Shown one piece after another: positions 30,122 through 38,600 of a stretch of 64,000 nucleotides of DNA; position 1 is the stretch's first letter; each line of letters opens with the position of its first letter. Below the pieces are notes generated by a model. That model worked only from the letters and a program-made list of their open reading frames with translations, had not been told where the DNA came from and did not search any database. The translations under genes were made by a program, and so were the position numbers. Origin of the DNA: a virus; IMG/VR virus record IMGVR_UViG_3300042397_001844, positions 8,887 to 72,886 of that record, one strand, 5' to 3'.

Positions 30122-31413
30122 TAGTTAATTTTATTCAATTTAGGTATTTGCATTTTCGAGCTATTAACCTTTGGTAAATTAAACGGAACTAATTTTGGTT
30201 GTGCTTTTACATAACTTTCCATTATTTCAATAAATTTATCATTCATCTTATCTAATGTAAAATTATTTAATGTATTAGTTCTCAACCCTTCAGATTTCTT
30301 TAAATAAATATCATAGTTTTTATAAACATCATAGATTTTATTTGCGGCTGTAGAGTAATTTACACTAAACCATTGTGCTTCTTTCATAAGAAATTGGTCA
30401 GCTGCAGATTCATCTACCGATGTCAAACTACCTTCCAATAAAACAGAATGTTCTGGTGGTAGGAAATCCAATTGTCCACTCCAACCACTAGCTATAATCG
30501 GTTTACCGGTCAAAGTAAACTCAGCCATAGGTCTACCATATCCCTCACCCTTAGCGAATGAAATCATCGATTTAACTTTAGGATGGTGGTATAAGTTACT
30601 CATATCACTTTCTTCCATATCCCCATGTACTAAATAAATAGATGGGCATTTATCACCAAATGTTTTAACTACACTTTCTATTTTTTCACGAGTTGCTTCT
30701 CTATCAATTACAGAAAAACCTGCTGATGATGTTTTGATAATAAGACCAGGTCTTTTATCTTTAGGAGTATGTTGAAATACTGTGGCAAATGTTTTAATTG
30801 CCATACCAATATCTTTTCTATCTTGTCCTAAATTTCCTTTCAACCAATGCCCTACAATTAAGAAGTTAAAATCTTCTTTTACATTTTTTAATATATCCTT
30901 ACCACTTCCTTTAGAAAATATATCAGTATCAACTCCTTCAAAAAGAACTTCAATTGGAGTAATTGTTTTAATCTCTCCAACAATCTGTCCACTATCATTA
31001 TCTTTTTGCTGATATACAGTTCCACCTAAATTTTGTTTTGTAAAATTAGATGGTACAATTATCAAATTCATTTTGTTAGAACCATCGATAAAATCCTTTG
31101 GTGCTATTGTAGTTTCAACACCAGCAGTTATACCAATATTATAGTGTCCTTTTGGTTCAAACTCATTTGCTACCGAAACTTGCATAAACACATCCGGCTT
31201 TTCAGTTATTTCAGTAATAACTCTTTCTAACATCCATCTACCAAATTCGCTCTCACCATCAACTTGGTTTTGTGGAGTATTACCCCATCTTAAAGGTATG
31301 ATTTTAATATCATATTTATCCATCTTGCGTAAAGATTTCATTAAATCTCTACAATGGTCACCGTAACCACTACGAGTGAATATAGGTCCTTGAAATACTA
31401 ATGTTGGTTTCAT
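30121..31413 (-). CDS. GT4-type glycosyltransferase
   Basis: SGYG, RKDIG, KGEGYGRPMAE, WSGQLDF. Confidence 0.85.
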   Translation of the reverse strand: MKPTLVFQGPIFTRSGYGDHCRDLMKSLRKMDKYDIKIIPLRWGNTPQNQVDGESEFGRWMLERVITEITEKPDVFMQVSVANEFEPKGHYNIGITAGVETTIAPKDFIDGSNKMNLIIVPSNFTKQNLGGTVYQQKDNDSGQIVGEIKTITPIEVLFEGVDTDIFSKGSGKDILKNVKEDFNFLIVGHWLKGNLGQDRKDIGMAIKTFATVFQHTPKDKRPGLIIKTSSAGFSVIDREATREKIESVVKTFGDKCPSIYLVHGDMEESDMSNLYHHPKVKSMISFAKGEGYGRPMAEFTLTGKPIIASGWSGQLDFLPPEHSVLLEGSLTSVDESAADQFLMKEAQWFSVNYSTAANKIYDVYKNYDIYLKKSEGLRTNTLNNFTLDKMNDKFIEIMESYVKAQPKLVPFNLPKVNSSKMQIPKLNKIN

Positions 31414-31422
31414 TTATATAAC

Positions 31423-32805
31423 TTATTTAATTTTAAATACTTCGAATCTTTCTCTTGGTTTCCAATTTTCAAAAACCGATTCGATTCCGTTTTCTAATTG
31501 TTGACACATATTCTTATGTGTTAAACCCATATCGCCCATAAATGCTTCTCTACCTATCAATCCATTTGCTTTACGAACTTCTTTTGGTGTGTTGTACATT
31601 TCCTCAATTGCTTCAGCAACTTCCTCCACATCAACTCTATCATCCCAAATATAAGGTGTTGGTACTGAACCTGCTAATGCTAATGCTCTACTCCATACAG
31701 GTTTAACCCAAGGACCAGGTTTAGCTTTTTGTTCCCACTTCCTCCACTCATGTAAAGAACCAATTTTAATGTAATCTTCGTGTGTTAATAATTTACCATC
31801 AACTTCAAATCCACATTGGTCTTGCAATCCACCAGTTACGTTTACAATGATGGGAGTTCCCGTCATTACCGATTCTGCAGTTGCCAATCCAAATCCTTCG
31901 TTGTTAGCAATATTGATTGTTACATCTGCTATATTGTAAATAAGATTTAATTCTTCTTGAGGTCTTCTCTTTTCAGAAAATATGATATTACAATTAGGTG
32001 CTACTGCATCAATTACTGCTGGTAAATCAGTTCCATTCTCATCAACAGGTTGTGTGTGCATTACTAATACACATTTATCTGCTTTCTCCTTACCAATCTT
32101 ATCACAAAACTTTTGGAAAGCTACGATAACATCAGCTGGTTGTTTTCTACGGATATTTCTATTACTCCAATATAATACGAAGTCATATTCCTTATCACCT
32201 AAAATTTCTTTACGGAACTCAGCAGGTACTTCAGTTGGTTTGTATAAATTAAAATCAATACCATGTGGTACATAATCAATTTGCCAATCTGCTTTTGGTT
32301 TCCACGTTGGTTTAGTATCTAATGCTGATAATCTTTTAATGATACCATATGTTTGACGAGAGATACAACCAATCCAATCACAACTTTCATAGAAGTTACG
32401 ATTATATAATGGGTCTGGTAAATCATCCCAAATTGCGTAGAATAAAAGTGGGACATTTTGTCTGATTTCATGTTCGATATCATACAACCATGTCCAATAA
32501 CGAGGGTCAGTAAAATGTACAATTGCATCCGGCTTCTCTGCATTGATTAATTGTCTAATCAAATCAGCGTTACCATACCCATTCCAAGGTAAAATCTTTA
32601 CATTAGCATCAGCGATACCATATCTTTCTTGGATATCTTGGCTAACATCTAAAACCTTTCCTGCTTCGGGGTGATTAATTGCGGCTCCTACTTGAAACCA
32701 ATCATATTTGTGTGCAGTTCCCAATACTAATTCTTTGGAAACGGTGGCAATACCACTTGCCATTCTTAAGTCATCTGATAATAACAGAATTTTCTTTTTT
32801 GCCAT
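31423..32805 (-). CDS. GT4-type glycosyltransferase
   Basis: VPHGID, NRNIRRKQ, NEGFGLATAES, TGGLQDQ. Confidence 0.87.
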   Translation of the reverse strand: MAKKKILLLSDDLRMASGIATVSKELVLGTAHKYDWFQVGAAINHPEAGKVLDVSQDIQERYGIADANVKILPWNGYGNADLIRQLINAEKPDAIVHFTDPRYWTWLYDIEHEIRQNVPLLFYAIWDDLPDPLYNRNFYESCDWIGCISRQTYGIIKRLSALDTKPTWKPKADWQIDYVPHGIDFNLYKPTEVPAEFRKEILGDKEYDFVLYWSNRNIRRKQPADVIVAFQKFCDKIGKEKADKCVLVMHTQPVDENGTDLPAVIDAVAPNCNIIFSEKRRPQEELNLIYNIADVTINIANNEGFGLATAESVMTGTPIIVNVTGGLQDQCGFEVDGKLLTHEDYIKIGSLHEWRKWEQKAKPGPWVKPVWSRALALAGSVPTPYIWDDRVDVEEVAEAIEEMYNTPKEVRKANGLIGREAFMGDMGLTHKNMCQQLENGIESVFENWKPRERFEVFKIK

Positions 32806-32820
32806 AACTTATTTGTGTTG

Positions 32821-33021
32821 TTAAAATTGTGAACCTGAAATTTGTAATTTTAAGTATTCGTTCATTGATTCCCTAAATTCGATATCTGTTACATATCTCT
32901 CCACAGTCCTATTAACTAGCTTTTGAAGTGTAACATCCGAAGTAAAGGAAACCTTTTTGAAACTTGAATATACATCTTTAAGTATTTTCACAGTTGTCAA
33001 TTTTGTGTTTTCTTGATTCAT
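32821..33021 (-). CDS. Small ribbon-helix-helix-like DNA-binding protein
   Basis: LTTVKI strand followed by two helices (VYSSFKK; LQKLVNRTVERY). Confidence 0.5.
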   Translation of the reverse strand: MNQENTKLTTVKILKDVYSSFKKVSFTSDVTLQKLVNRTVERYVTDIEFRESMNEYLKLQISGSQF

Positions 33022-33073
33022 TGTTTATATATTTATATATATAAGTATAATGATTTAAAAAAAACATAAATTT

Positions 33074-33946
33074 TTATTTTGTAGCTTTTTTATCACATAT
33101 TCCCCTATTTCCAAACTCACAAAACTTACAATTCTTTTTTGCTGCACCAGGTACTTTTGGGAATTCGATATCTTTAAACGTACCACCATCATCAAATACA
33201 GTATTGATAAATTCCATAAATTCATCATATACTTTTTTAACAGATGGAGAACCATGTGCTGGAATATGCTTAGATACATGTGGTACTGGAAATGCCGAAT
33301 CTTCGGGCAATTTTCTACGAAGTATCTGATACTCTACTTTAATCTTTTGTAATGGAATATTAAATAACTCTGAATAATACTTTTTGTATAATAGTATTTG
33401 TGAGTTCTTCATCTTATCAGCTTTTTGATACTGATTCCATCCCATAGTGGATGTCTTTAAATCTATAATAATGATTTCGTTTGATGCCAAATCTCTAATA
33501 ACAATATCGATAAATCCAATAAAATGTACACCCTCTTTAATGGTTGCGTTTAATGGAATCTCAATACCCACTAATTCAAATCCACTCTTTGAGTAAAATT
33601 TGTGCATATGTTTATCCAACCATTGTAGAATACGTCTACCATCACCATAAAATTCTTCTAATTGAATTTGAGTACAAGGAGTTCCTTCGCTCATTTTATC
33701 AGCTTCACTTTTATAAGCTTCTCTCATTTTTTCCAATAAGAGCTTGTCTTTGTTGATTTCATCTGCTTGCTTTTTAGAAACACCATACATAACCGAAAGG
33801 TAATGTTGGATAGTTTCGTGCATAGCAGTTCCAAAGATTGTATGGATATTAGATGAACTTTCACCTAATTTATCTATGTAGTTTAATTTGTATTGATGTG
33901 GACATGAACTCCACATACTATATTGTGAAAATGATACTTTAGCCAT
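33074..33946 (-). CDS. PD-(D/E)XK exonuclease (RecB/Cas4-like)
   Basis: SFSQ..CP, GTAMHE, IDIV...IIDLKT, C-terminal CKFC...C. Confidence 0.85.
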   Translation of the reverse strand: MAKVSFSQYSMWSSCPHQYKLNYIDKLGESSSNIHTIFGTAMHETIQHYLSVMYGVSKKQADEINKDKLLLEKMREAYKSEADKMSEGTPCTQIQLEEFYGDGRRILQWLDKHMHKFYSKSGFELVGIEIPLNATIKEGVHFIGFIDIVIRDLASNEIIIIDLKTSTMGWNQYQKADKMKNSQILLYKKYYSELFNIPLQKIKVEYQILRRKLPEDSAFPVPHVSKHIPAHGSPSVKKVYDEFMEFINTVFDDGGTFKDIEFPKVPGAAKKNCKFCEFGNRGICDKKATK

Positions 33947-33963
33947 TATGTTGTTTTATTGTA

Positions 33964-33995
33964 TAAAGATACGAAAAATACCCGAGTTTACCAAA
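33964..33995 (-). promoter_or_regulatory. Bacteroidota-type promoter
   Basis: TTTG-N20-TATCTTTA. Confidence 0.65.
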
Positions 33996-34445
33996 TTAAA
34001 CTTTTAGTTTTAACTTAGTTATTTGCTTTGGGTCAGTACCATAATTCTCTGCAATTTCCTTAATATGCATCTTACCGCTGGTGGTTTCGTAAAGGATTTT
34101 AAGATAATCCTCTGCTTCAGTTAAAGATACTTCGTATTGTCTTGCTACCAATTCAATAATCCAATCTTCATATTTTTCAGATGAAGCTGGTTTCATATAT
34201 TTTAAAAATGCTCTTGTCTTTGGAATTAATCCTATCAAACATAAATACATCGCTTTAGGAGGTGCCTCCTGTATGTAAGGTTGTATATCTGCAATCAATT
34301 CTATCCATTCGGGTTTCATAGAAAGAAAACGGAGTATCATATAGTTACTCCATGTCTTTTTATCACTTTCATCAAGTGTGTCCCAATACTTTGGGTCTTT
34401 CTTATCCGTAATTGCGTTTAGATGGTCGAATAATGTTTTAGCCAT
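33996..34445 (-). CDS. Clamp loader small subunit (T4 gp62-like)
   Basis: LFDHLNAI..K, YMILRFLSM; adjacent to a gp44-like gene. Confidence 0.7.
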   Translation of the reverse strand: MAKTLFDHLNAITDKKDPKYWDTLDESDKKTWSNYMILRFLSMKPEWIELIADIQPYIQEAPPKAMYLCLIGLIPKTRAFLKYMKPASSEKYEDWIIELVARQYEVSLTEAEDYLKILYETTSGKMHIKEIAENYGTDPKQITKLKLKV

Positions 34446-34446
34446 A

Positions 34447-34713
34447 TTATGCTTCTTCTTCTACTTTTAAACCCGGAGGTAATAATTCATTAAGTACTTC
34501 ACCACAATCTCCACAAAGGAATAGTTCAACCGGCAGTACTTCATCTTTTGGTTTACCAGTTAATAACTTTGAAATTCTACGGAATCCAAAACCTTGTACG
34601 AAAATCTCACCACCACATTTCTTACATCCGATTGCTTCGGTTTTTTCTAATGAAACTGCTTTTTCTTCTTGTCCTCCGATTGGTTGCCCACCTGCTCCTA
34701 AAATGTTTGCCAT
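34447..34713 (-). CDS. Zinc-ribbon protein
   Basis: CKKC...CGDC. Confidence 0.6.
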   Translation of the reverse strand: MANILGAGGQPIGGQEEKAVSLEKTEAIGCKKCGGEIFVQGFGFRRISKLLTGKPKDEVLPVELFLCGDCGEVLNELLPPGLKVEEEA

Positions 34714-35654
34714 TATATAATATTTAAAATTTGAATTAATGTAGCTGCTGCTGGAATTTCTTTATCAATTGCTACTGCTGATTTGTTTACTCCATCGCCT
34801 AATAGTAAGATTACATTTGCCGTATTTTCTCCTGCATACTCATCTACCTTATCATATAACATTGTATATAAATCGGTAAAGTCAGTAACTTTAGAATCAA
34901 TAAGAGCCTGTCTTACTTTCATATATTTGTTTCTCTTATCATCCGAAGATTTTAAGATATCAATAATTTTATTTCTATAATCATTCTCTAATAGATTTTG
35001 TACATCCACTTTCAACTTACCTTTGTTGGAGTTCAATTGACAAGTATTAATAATCTTACGAATATCAGGATACGATGCGTCAATGATTGGAACTAAATCC
35101 TTAACTTCAAATTCAATCTCCTCATTCTTTAAGATTTTACTAATTTGCATAGCAACATCTTTTTTAGTTGGAGGTACGATTTGAAATGATTGACATCTAC
35201 TTTGAATCGGGTCAATTACTTTCTCAACATAGTTACAAGTTAATATGAAACGGCAATGTGCTGAAAATGTTTCCATTAAGTTTCTTAAGATAGCTTGTGC
35301 GTTGTGAGTCATATAATCAAACTCATCCAATATAATAATCTTAAATGGTTTGAATCCCATTGAAGATGCAAAGTTAGTTACTTTGTTTCTTACGGTATCC
35401 ACATTGTTCTCCGAAGATGCATTGATAATCATATAATCACATTCAATTGATTTTATAATTAACTTTGCTAATGTAGTTTTACCAGTACCGGCTTTTCCGT
35501 ACAAAAGTAAATGTGGAATTTCGCCTGTTTCTAAGTAACCTTCTACTTTTGATTTTAGATGTTCATTACCTACATAATCAACAAGCTTTGTTGGGCGATA
35601 CTTCTCTACCCACAAATTATTATTTACTTTTTCTTCCGATTGTTCTATAAACAT
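34713..35654 (-). CDS. Clamp loader AAA+ subunit (RFC small subunit / T4 gp44-like)
   Basis: LWVEKYRP, GKAGTGKTT, ILDEFD, SRC. Confidence 0.93.
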   Translation of the reverse strand: MFIEQSEEKVNNNLWVEKYRPTKLVDYVGNEHLKSKVEGYLETGEIPHLLLYGKAGTGKTTLAKLIIKSIECDYMIINASSENNVDTVRNKVTNFASSMGFKPFKIIILDEFDYMTHNAQAILRNLMETFSAHCRFILTCNYVEKVIDPIQSRCQSFQIVPPTKKDVAMQISKILKNEEIEFEVKDLVPIIDASYPDIRKIINTCQLNSNKGKLKVDVQNLLENDYRNKIIDILKSSDDKRNKYMKVRQALIDSKVTDFTDLYTMLYDKVDEYAGENTANVILLLGDGVNKSAVAIDKEIPAAATLIQILNII

Positions 35655-35664
35655 ATTTTATTTT

Positions 35665-36084
35665 TTATTTTCCAGTTGAACCAAATCCACCATCACCCCT
35701 TTCAGTATCCGATAACTCAGCTACTTCATCAAACTCAATTGGAGGATGTGGAATAATCATAATTTGTGCACCTCTATCACCAACTTCATATTTAGGCCTA
35801 AATCCAGTTGTTTTAAAGGTAGCTTGTAATTCACCTCTATATCCACTATCAATTACACCAACTGAATTTGATAAAATTAAATCAGTTTTTCTAATAGATG
35901 AACGAGGGAATACTAATCCTACAAATCCATAAGGAATTTCAAGTGCAATACCAAATCCATAAGTAATATCTCCCTCACTTCTAGCAATGATAGATGTAAT
36001 AACTAAATCCATTCCAGCATCACCATCTTTTGCATATGATGGGATTACTGCATTTTCATTAAGCTTCTTTATTCGTACTTTCAT
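35665..36084 (-). CDS. dut: Trimeric dUTPase
   Basis: AGMDL, PRSS, GVIDSGYRGE, RGDGGFGSTG. Confidence 0.95.
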   Translation of the reverse strand: MKVRIKKLNENAVIPSYAKDGDAGMDLVITSIIARSEGDITYGFGIALEIPYGFVGLVFPRSSIRKTDLILSNSVGVIDSGYRGELQATFKTTGFRPKYEVGDRGAQIMIIPHPPIEFDEVAELSDTERGDGGFGSTGK

Positions 36085-36415
36085 TTTCTAAATTTTGTTT
36101 TACTAATTCAGCTTGCTTTGTTTGAAACTCTCTCATTTCTTTACCTTCTTTGGAAAGTTCTCTAGCAAATAATTTAAATTTCTTACCAGTTTCTCTGTTT
36201 GTAAACGAGATGTAAGCATCTTTTGTGTTACTAACCGTAAATGTAACTGTTGGGTCTTCATCTGTCATATCTTCACTAGTCCAAGCAAAGATTTGTGGTT
36301 CATCTTCATCAAACTGAAATACCCATTCACATTGTTCTAACTTTTCAGGTGGTGTCATTTTTATTTCACCAATTGGTTCTAATTTTTCTTCTTTTGTTTT
36401 TTTAGCCTTTGCCAT
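36059..36415 (-). CDS. Hypothetical protein
   Basis: 118 aa ORF in the operon. Confidence 0.55.
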   Translation of the reverse strand: MAKAKKTKEEKLEPIGEIKMTPPEKLEQCEWVFQFDEDEPQIFAWTSEDMTDEDPTVTFTVSNTKDAYISFTNRETGKKFKLFARELSKEGKEMREFQTKQAELVKQNLENESTNKEA

Positions 36416-36432
36416 AATTTTTCTTTTTATTT

Positions 36433-37644
36433 TTATCTCCCTACTTCTGATAGGTATTTAGCTTTCATTTCTTCCCAACTAATTCCAATAGCATCTATAT
36501 AGAATAAGTGTTCGGGTTTAATTCTTCCTTCATCGTGTAGTTTTGTATATCTACTGATTGCATGTTTCTTCCACCATTTGTTAATGTATTCAGTACCTTG
36601 CTTAAACTTATTTTTGATGATTAATTTATCTTCGGTAATTTCGTTACGAAGAAATTCATTTCCATTCTCATACATCATAGCTAAGTACACACCTCTTTTA
36701 AATCCGTGATGATATTCAGTTGCCTTAATACCACACTCTTTGAATATCTTACCTAATATCTTTTGTTTGATACCACTAACAGGTCCGTTTCTTTCATAAC
36801 CCATATTAGCTCCATTACGGGCTCTTTCTTCGGTAATGTTTTCGGAATACCATTCTGCATGATTTTCTTTAATCCATTGATGCCACGGGTCATAGAATTT
36901 ATCATCCGGCTTCAAACTAATCTTACCAGCCGATTCACCTAAAGTTTTGAATAAGGGGATACCATTATATTGAGAGTGAATACCATATAAAGATGTTGTA
37001 CCTACTGCAATCAATATATTCTTATACTTCTCTTTCCAATAGTTTCTAACTTCAGGTACAGTAGTCATCATAGCGATTAATTTACCACCTAAAAAGTTAT
37101 AACCTAATGGTTGAGTACATACAATAGTAGAAGCAATAGTAGTGTTGTTTAACTTACCATCAACAAACTTATTATCTTTAGTCCAACCAATGAAGTTATC
37201 TCTAACTCCCATAGCGGTTACATCGGATGCTAATGAAATTTGTCCTAATAGTTTTCCACTCACTCTATCCTTTACATTAATCTTTACATTACGGCCAGGG
37301 TTTGCTGTAAAATCCATTGTGTGAATCATACGTCTTACCGCTGCCCATTTAGTAGATTCTTTTGGGTCATCCACAATCTCAACGTAAGGGTCTAACGATT
37401 CAATTTCTTTTATCGTTAGCTCCTTATTGTTGATATCAGTTGGTTTCCATTGAGAATCATAATAAGATGCTATTTGGGCTTTTGCTTGAATCATTGTAGG
37501 TTCTTGCAATTCTACCCACTTCTTATACAAAGTTTGTTCTTGTACAGACATTGTCATAAGGTAATCCATATTTTCTATTAACTTTGATTTTTCAGATTCA
37601 AAGTCAAAGACAGGTTTTTGTGGTTCAGTATCCCAAAAGCTCAT
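36433..37644 (-). CDS. DUF4338 / DruA-like protein (Mom/GNAT-related, putative DNA-modifying)
   Basis: PGRN, RDNFIGW, LGGKLIA, TTSLYG..SQYN motifs recognised by eye. Confidence 0.65.
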   Translation of the reverse strand: MSFWDTEPQKPVFDFESEKSKLIENMDYLMTMSVQEQTLYKKWVELQEPTMIQAKAQIASYYDSQWKPTDINNKELTIKEIESLDPYVEIVDDPKESTKWAAVRRMIHTMDFTANPGRNVKINVKDRVSGKLLGQISLASDVTAMGVRDNFIGWTKDNKFVDGKLNNTTIASTIVCTQPLGYNFLGGKLIAMMTTVPEVRNYWKEKYKNILIAVGTTSLYGIHSQYNGIPLFKTLGESAGKISLKPDDKFYDPWHQWIKENHAEWYSENITEERARNGANMGYERNGPVSGIKQKILGKIFKECGIKATEYHHGFKRGVYLAMMYENGNEFLRNEITEDKLIIKNKFKQGTEYINKWWKKHAISRYTKLHDEGRIKPEHLFYIDAIGISWEEMKAKYLSEVGR

Positions 37645-37650
37645 ATTATA

Positions 37651-37830
37651 TTATTTTACGATTGCTCTAATTTGATTAGTTTCTATTGATGGTACATAAA
37701 TGTATATCTCCTTACCAGCATTTTCAATAAGAAATTTTTCTAAATTCAAATTCCATGTTTCAGTTTGATATAACTTACCATCTATTTCAAATACAGGTTC
37801 ACTTATTAATTTATAATGTTGGTTTGCCAT
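37651..37830 (-). CDS. Small hypothetical protein (59 aa, below ORF-track cut-off)
   Basis: MANQHYKLISEPVFEIDGKLYQTETWNLNLEKFLIENAGKEIYIYVPSIETNQIRAIVK fills the gap exactly. Confidence 0.65.
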   Translation of the reverse strand: MANQHYKLISEPVFEIDGKLYQTETWNLNLEKFLIENAGKEIYIYVPSIETNQIRAIVK

Positions 37831-37831
37831 A

Positions 37832-38527
37832 TTACTTAATTTCTACTAAATAGTAATTTGAAGTGTAGTCACCATCAACGAATGCTACGTGCGATAATCC
37901 CTTAGATGAGATTTTCAATGAAGATGATTTAGAACCTTTGTTAGCCATTAAGATAGCTTTCAAATACTTTGCAGAAAATGCAATTGGTTCAATATCTTCT
38001 TTAGCAGTTGCTTCTACTGCAATTGAAATTCGGTTTGAGTTGATTGAAGAATATCCTAAGATAATTTCAGCTTTACCAGCCTTAACCGTAAATGTGAATG
38101 TATCTGAATCAGATAATACACCTTTTGATTTGATGAACTTATTTACAAAGTCATCATCTAAGCTTACTTCCGTATCAAATGAAGGTAATGCTTTTAAATC
38201 AGGTACTGCAGGAATCACCGATGGTGCTGCTAACATATATTGTACCTTTGTTTTCTTATCAGAAAACTTCAATGCTCCAGTAACTTCTTCTACTGCAATT
38301 GTGTCATCCAATACACTCAATAATCCTTTTAATTGAGATGTAGTGTAAATACCAAACTCACCGCTTGGAAATTCACCACCTACTACTGTAACATCACCTA
38401 ATAAGGTTTTGTCATCTGAAATCATTCTTACCGATAAGTTCTTGTCATCGGATTTTACCATAACGGATTCAATCTCACCACCTAAGTTGTAACGATTTAC
38501 GAAACCATCAAATTTGCTTTTGTTCAT
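37832..38527 (-). CDS. Sliding clamp (T4 gp45/PCNA-like); start moved to MNKSK
   Basis: About 231 aa beta-rich protein with EFGIY motif and C-terminal SNYYLV, located between PolB and the clamp loader. Confidence 0.8.
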   Translation of the reverse strand: MNKSKFDGFVNRYNLGGEIESVMVKSDDKNLSVRMISDDKTLLGDVTVVGGEFPSGEFGIYTTSQLKGLLSVLDDTIAVEEVTGALKFSDKKTKVQYMLAAPSVIPAVPDLKALPSFDTEVSLDDDFVNKFIKSKGVLSDSDTFTFTVKAGKAEIILGYSSINSNRISIAVEATAKEDIEPIAFSAKYLKAILMANKGSKSSSLKISSKGLSHVAFVDGDYTSNYYLVEIK

Positions 38528-38563
38528 AATTGAAATTTTAAATTTATGTTTTAATTTGTTATA

Positions 38564-38595
38564 CAAATATACGAAAAATACCTGAAACTACCAAA
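38564..38595 (-). promoter_or_regulatory. Bacteroidota-type promoter
   Basis: TTTG-N20-TATATTTG. Confidence 0.75.
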
Positions 38596-38600
38596 TATTC

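Noticed and set aside
33074-33946. Cas4 of a CRISPR-Cas system
   Set aside because: No cas1/cas2 or array; stand-alone PD-(D/E)XK exonucleases are common in phage replication modules.
36433-37644. Complete Druantia defence system
   Set aside because: Only a DruA/DUF4338-like gene is present; there is no DruE helicase or other dru gene.
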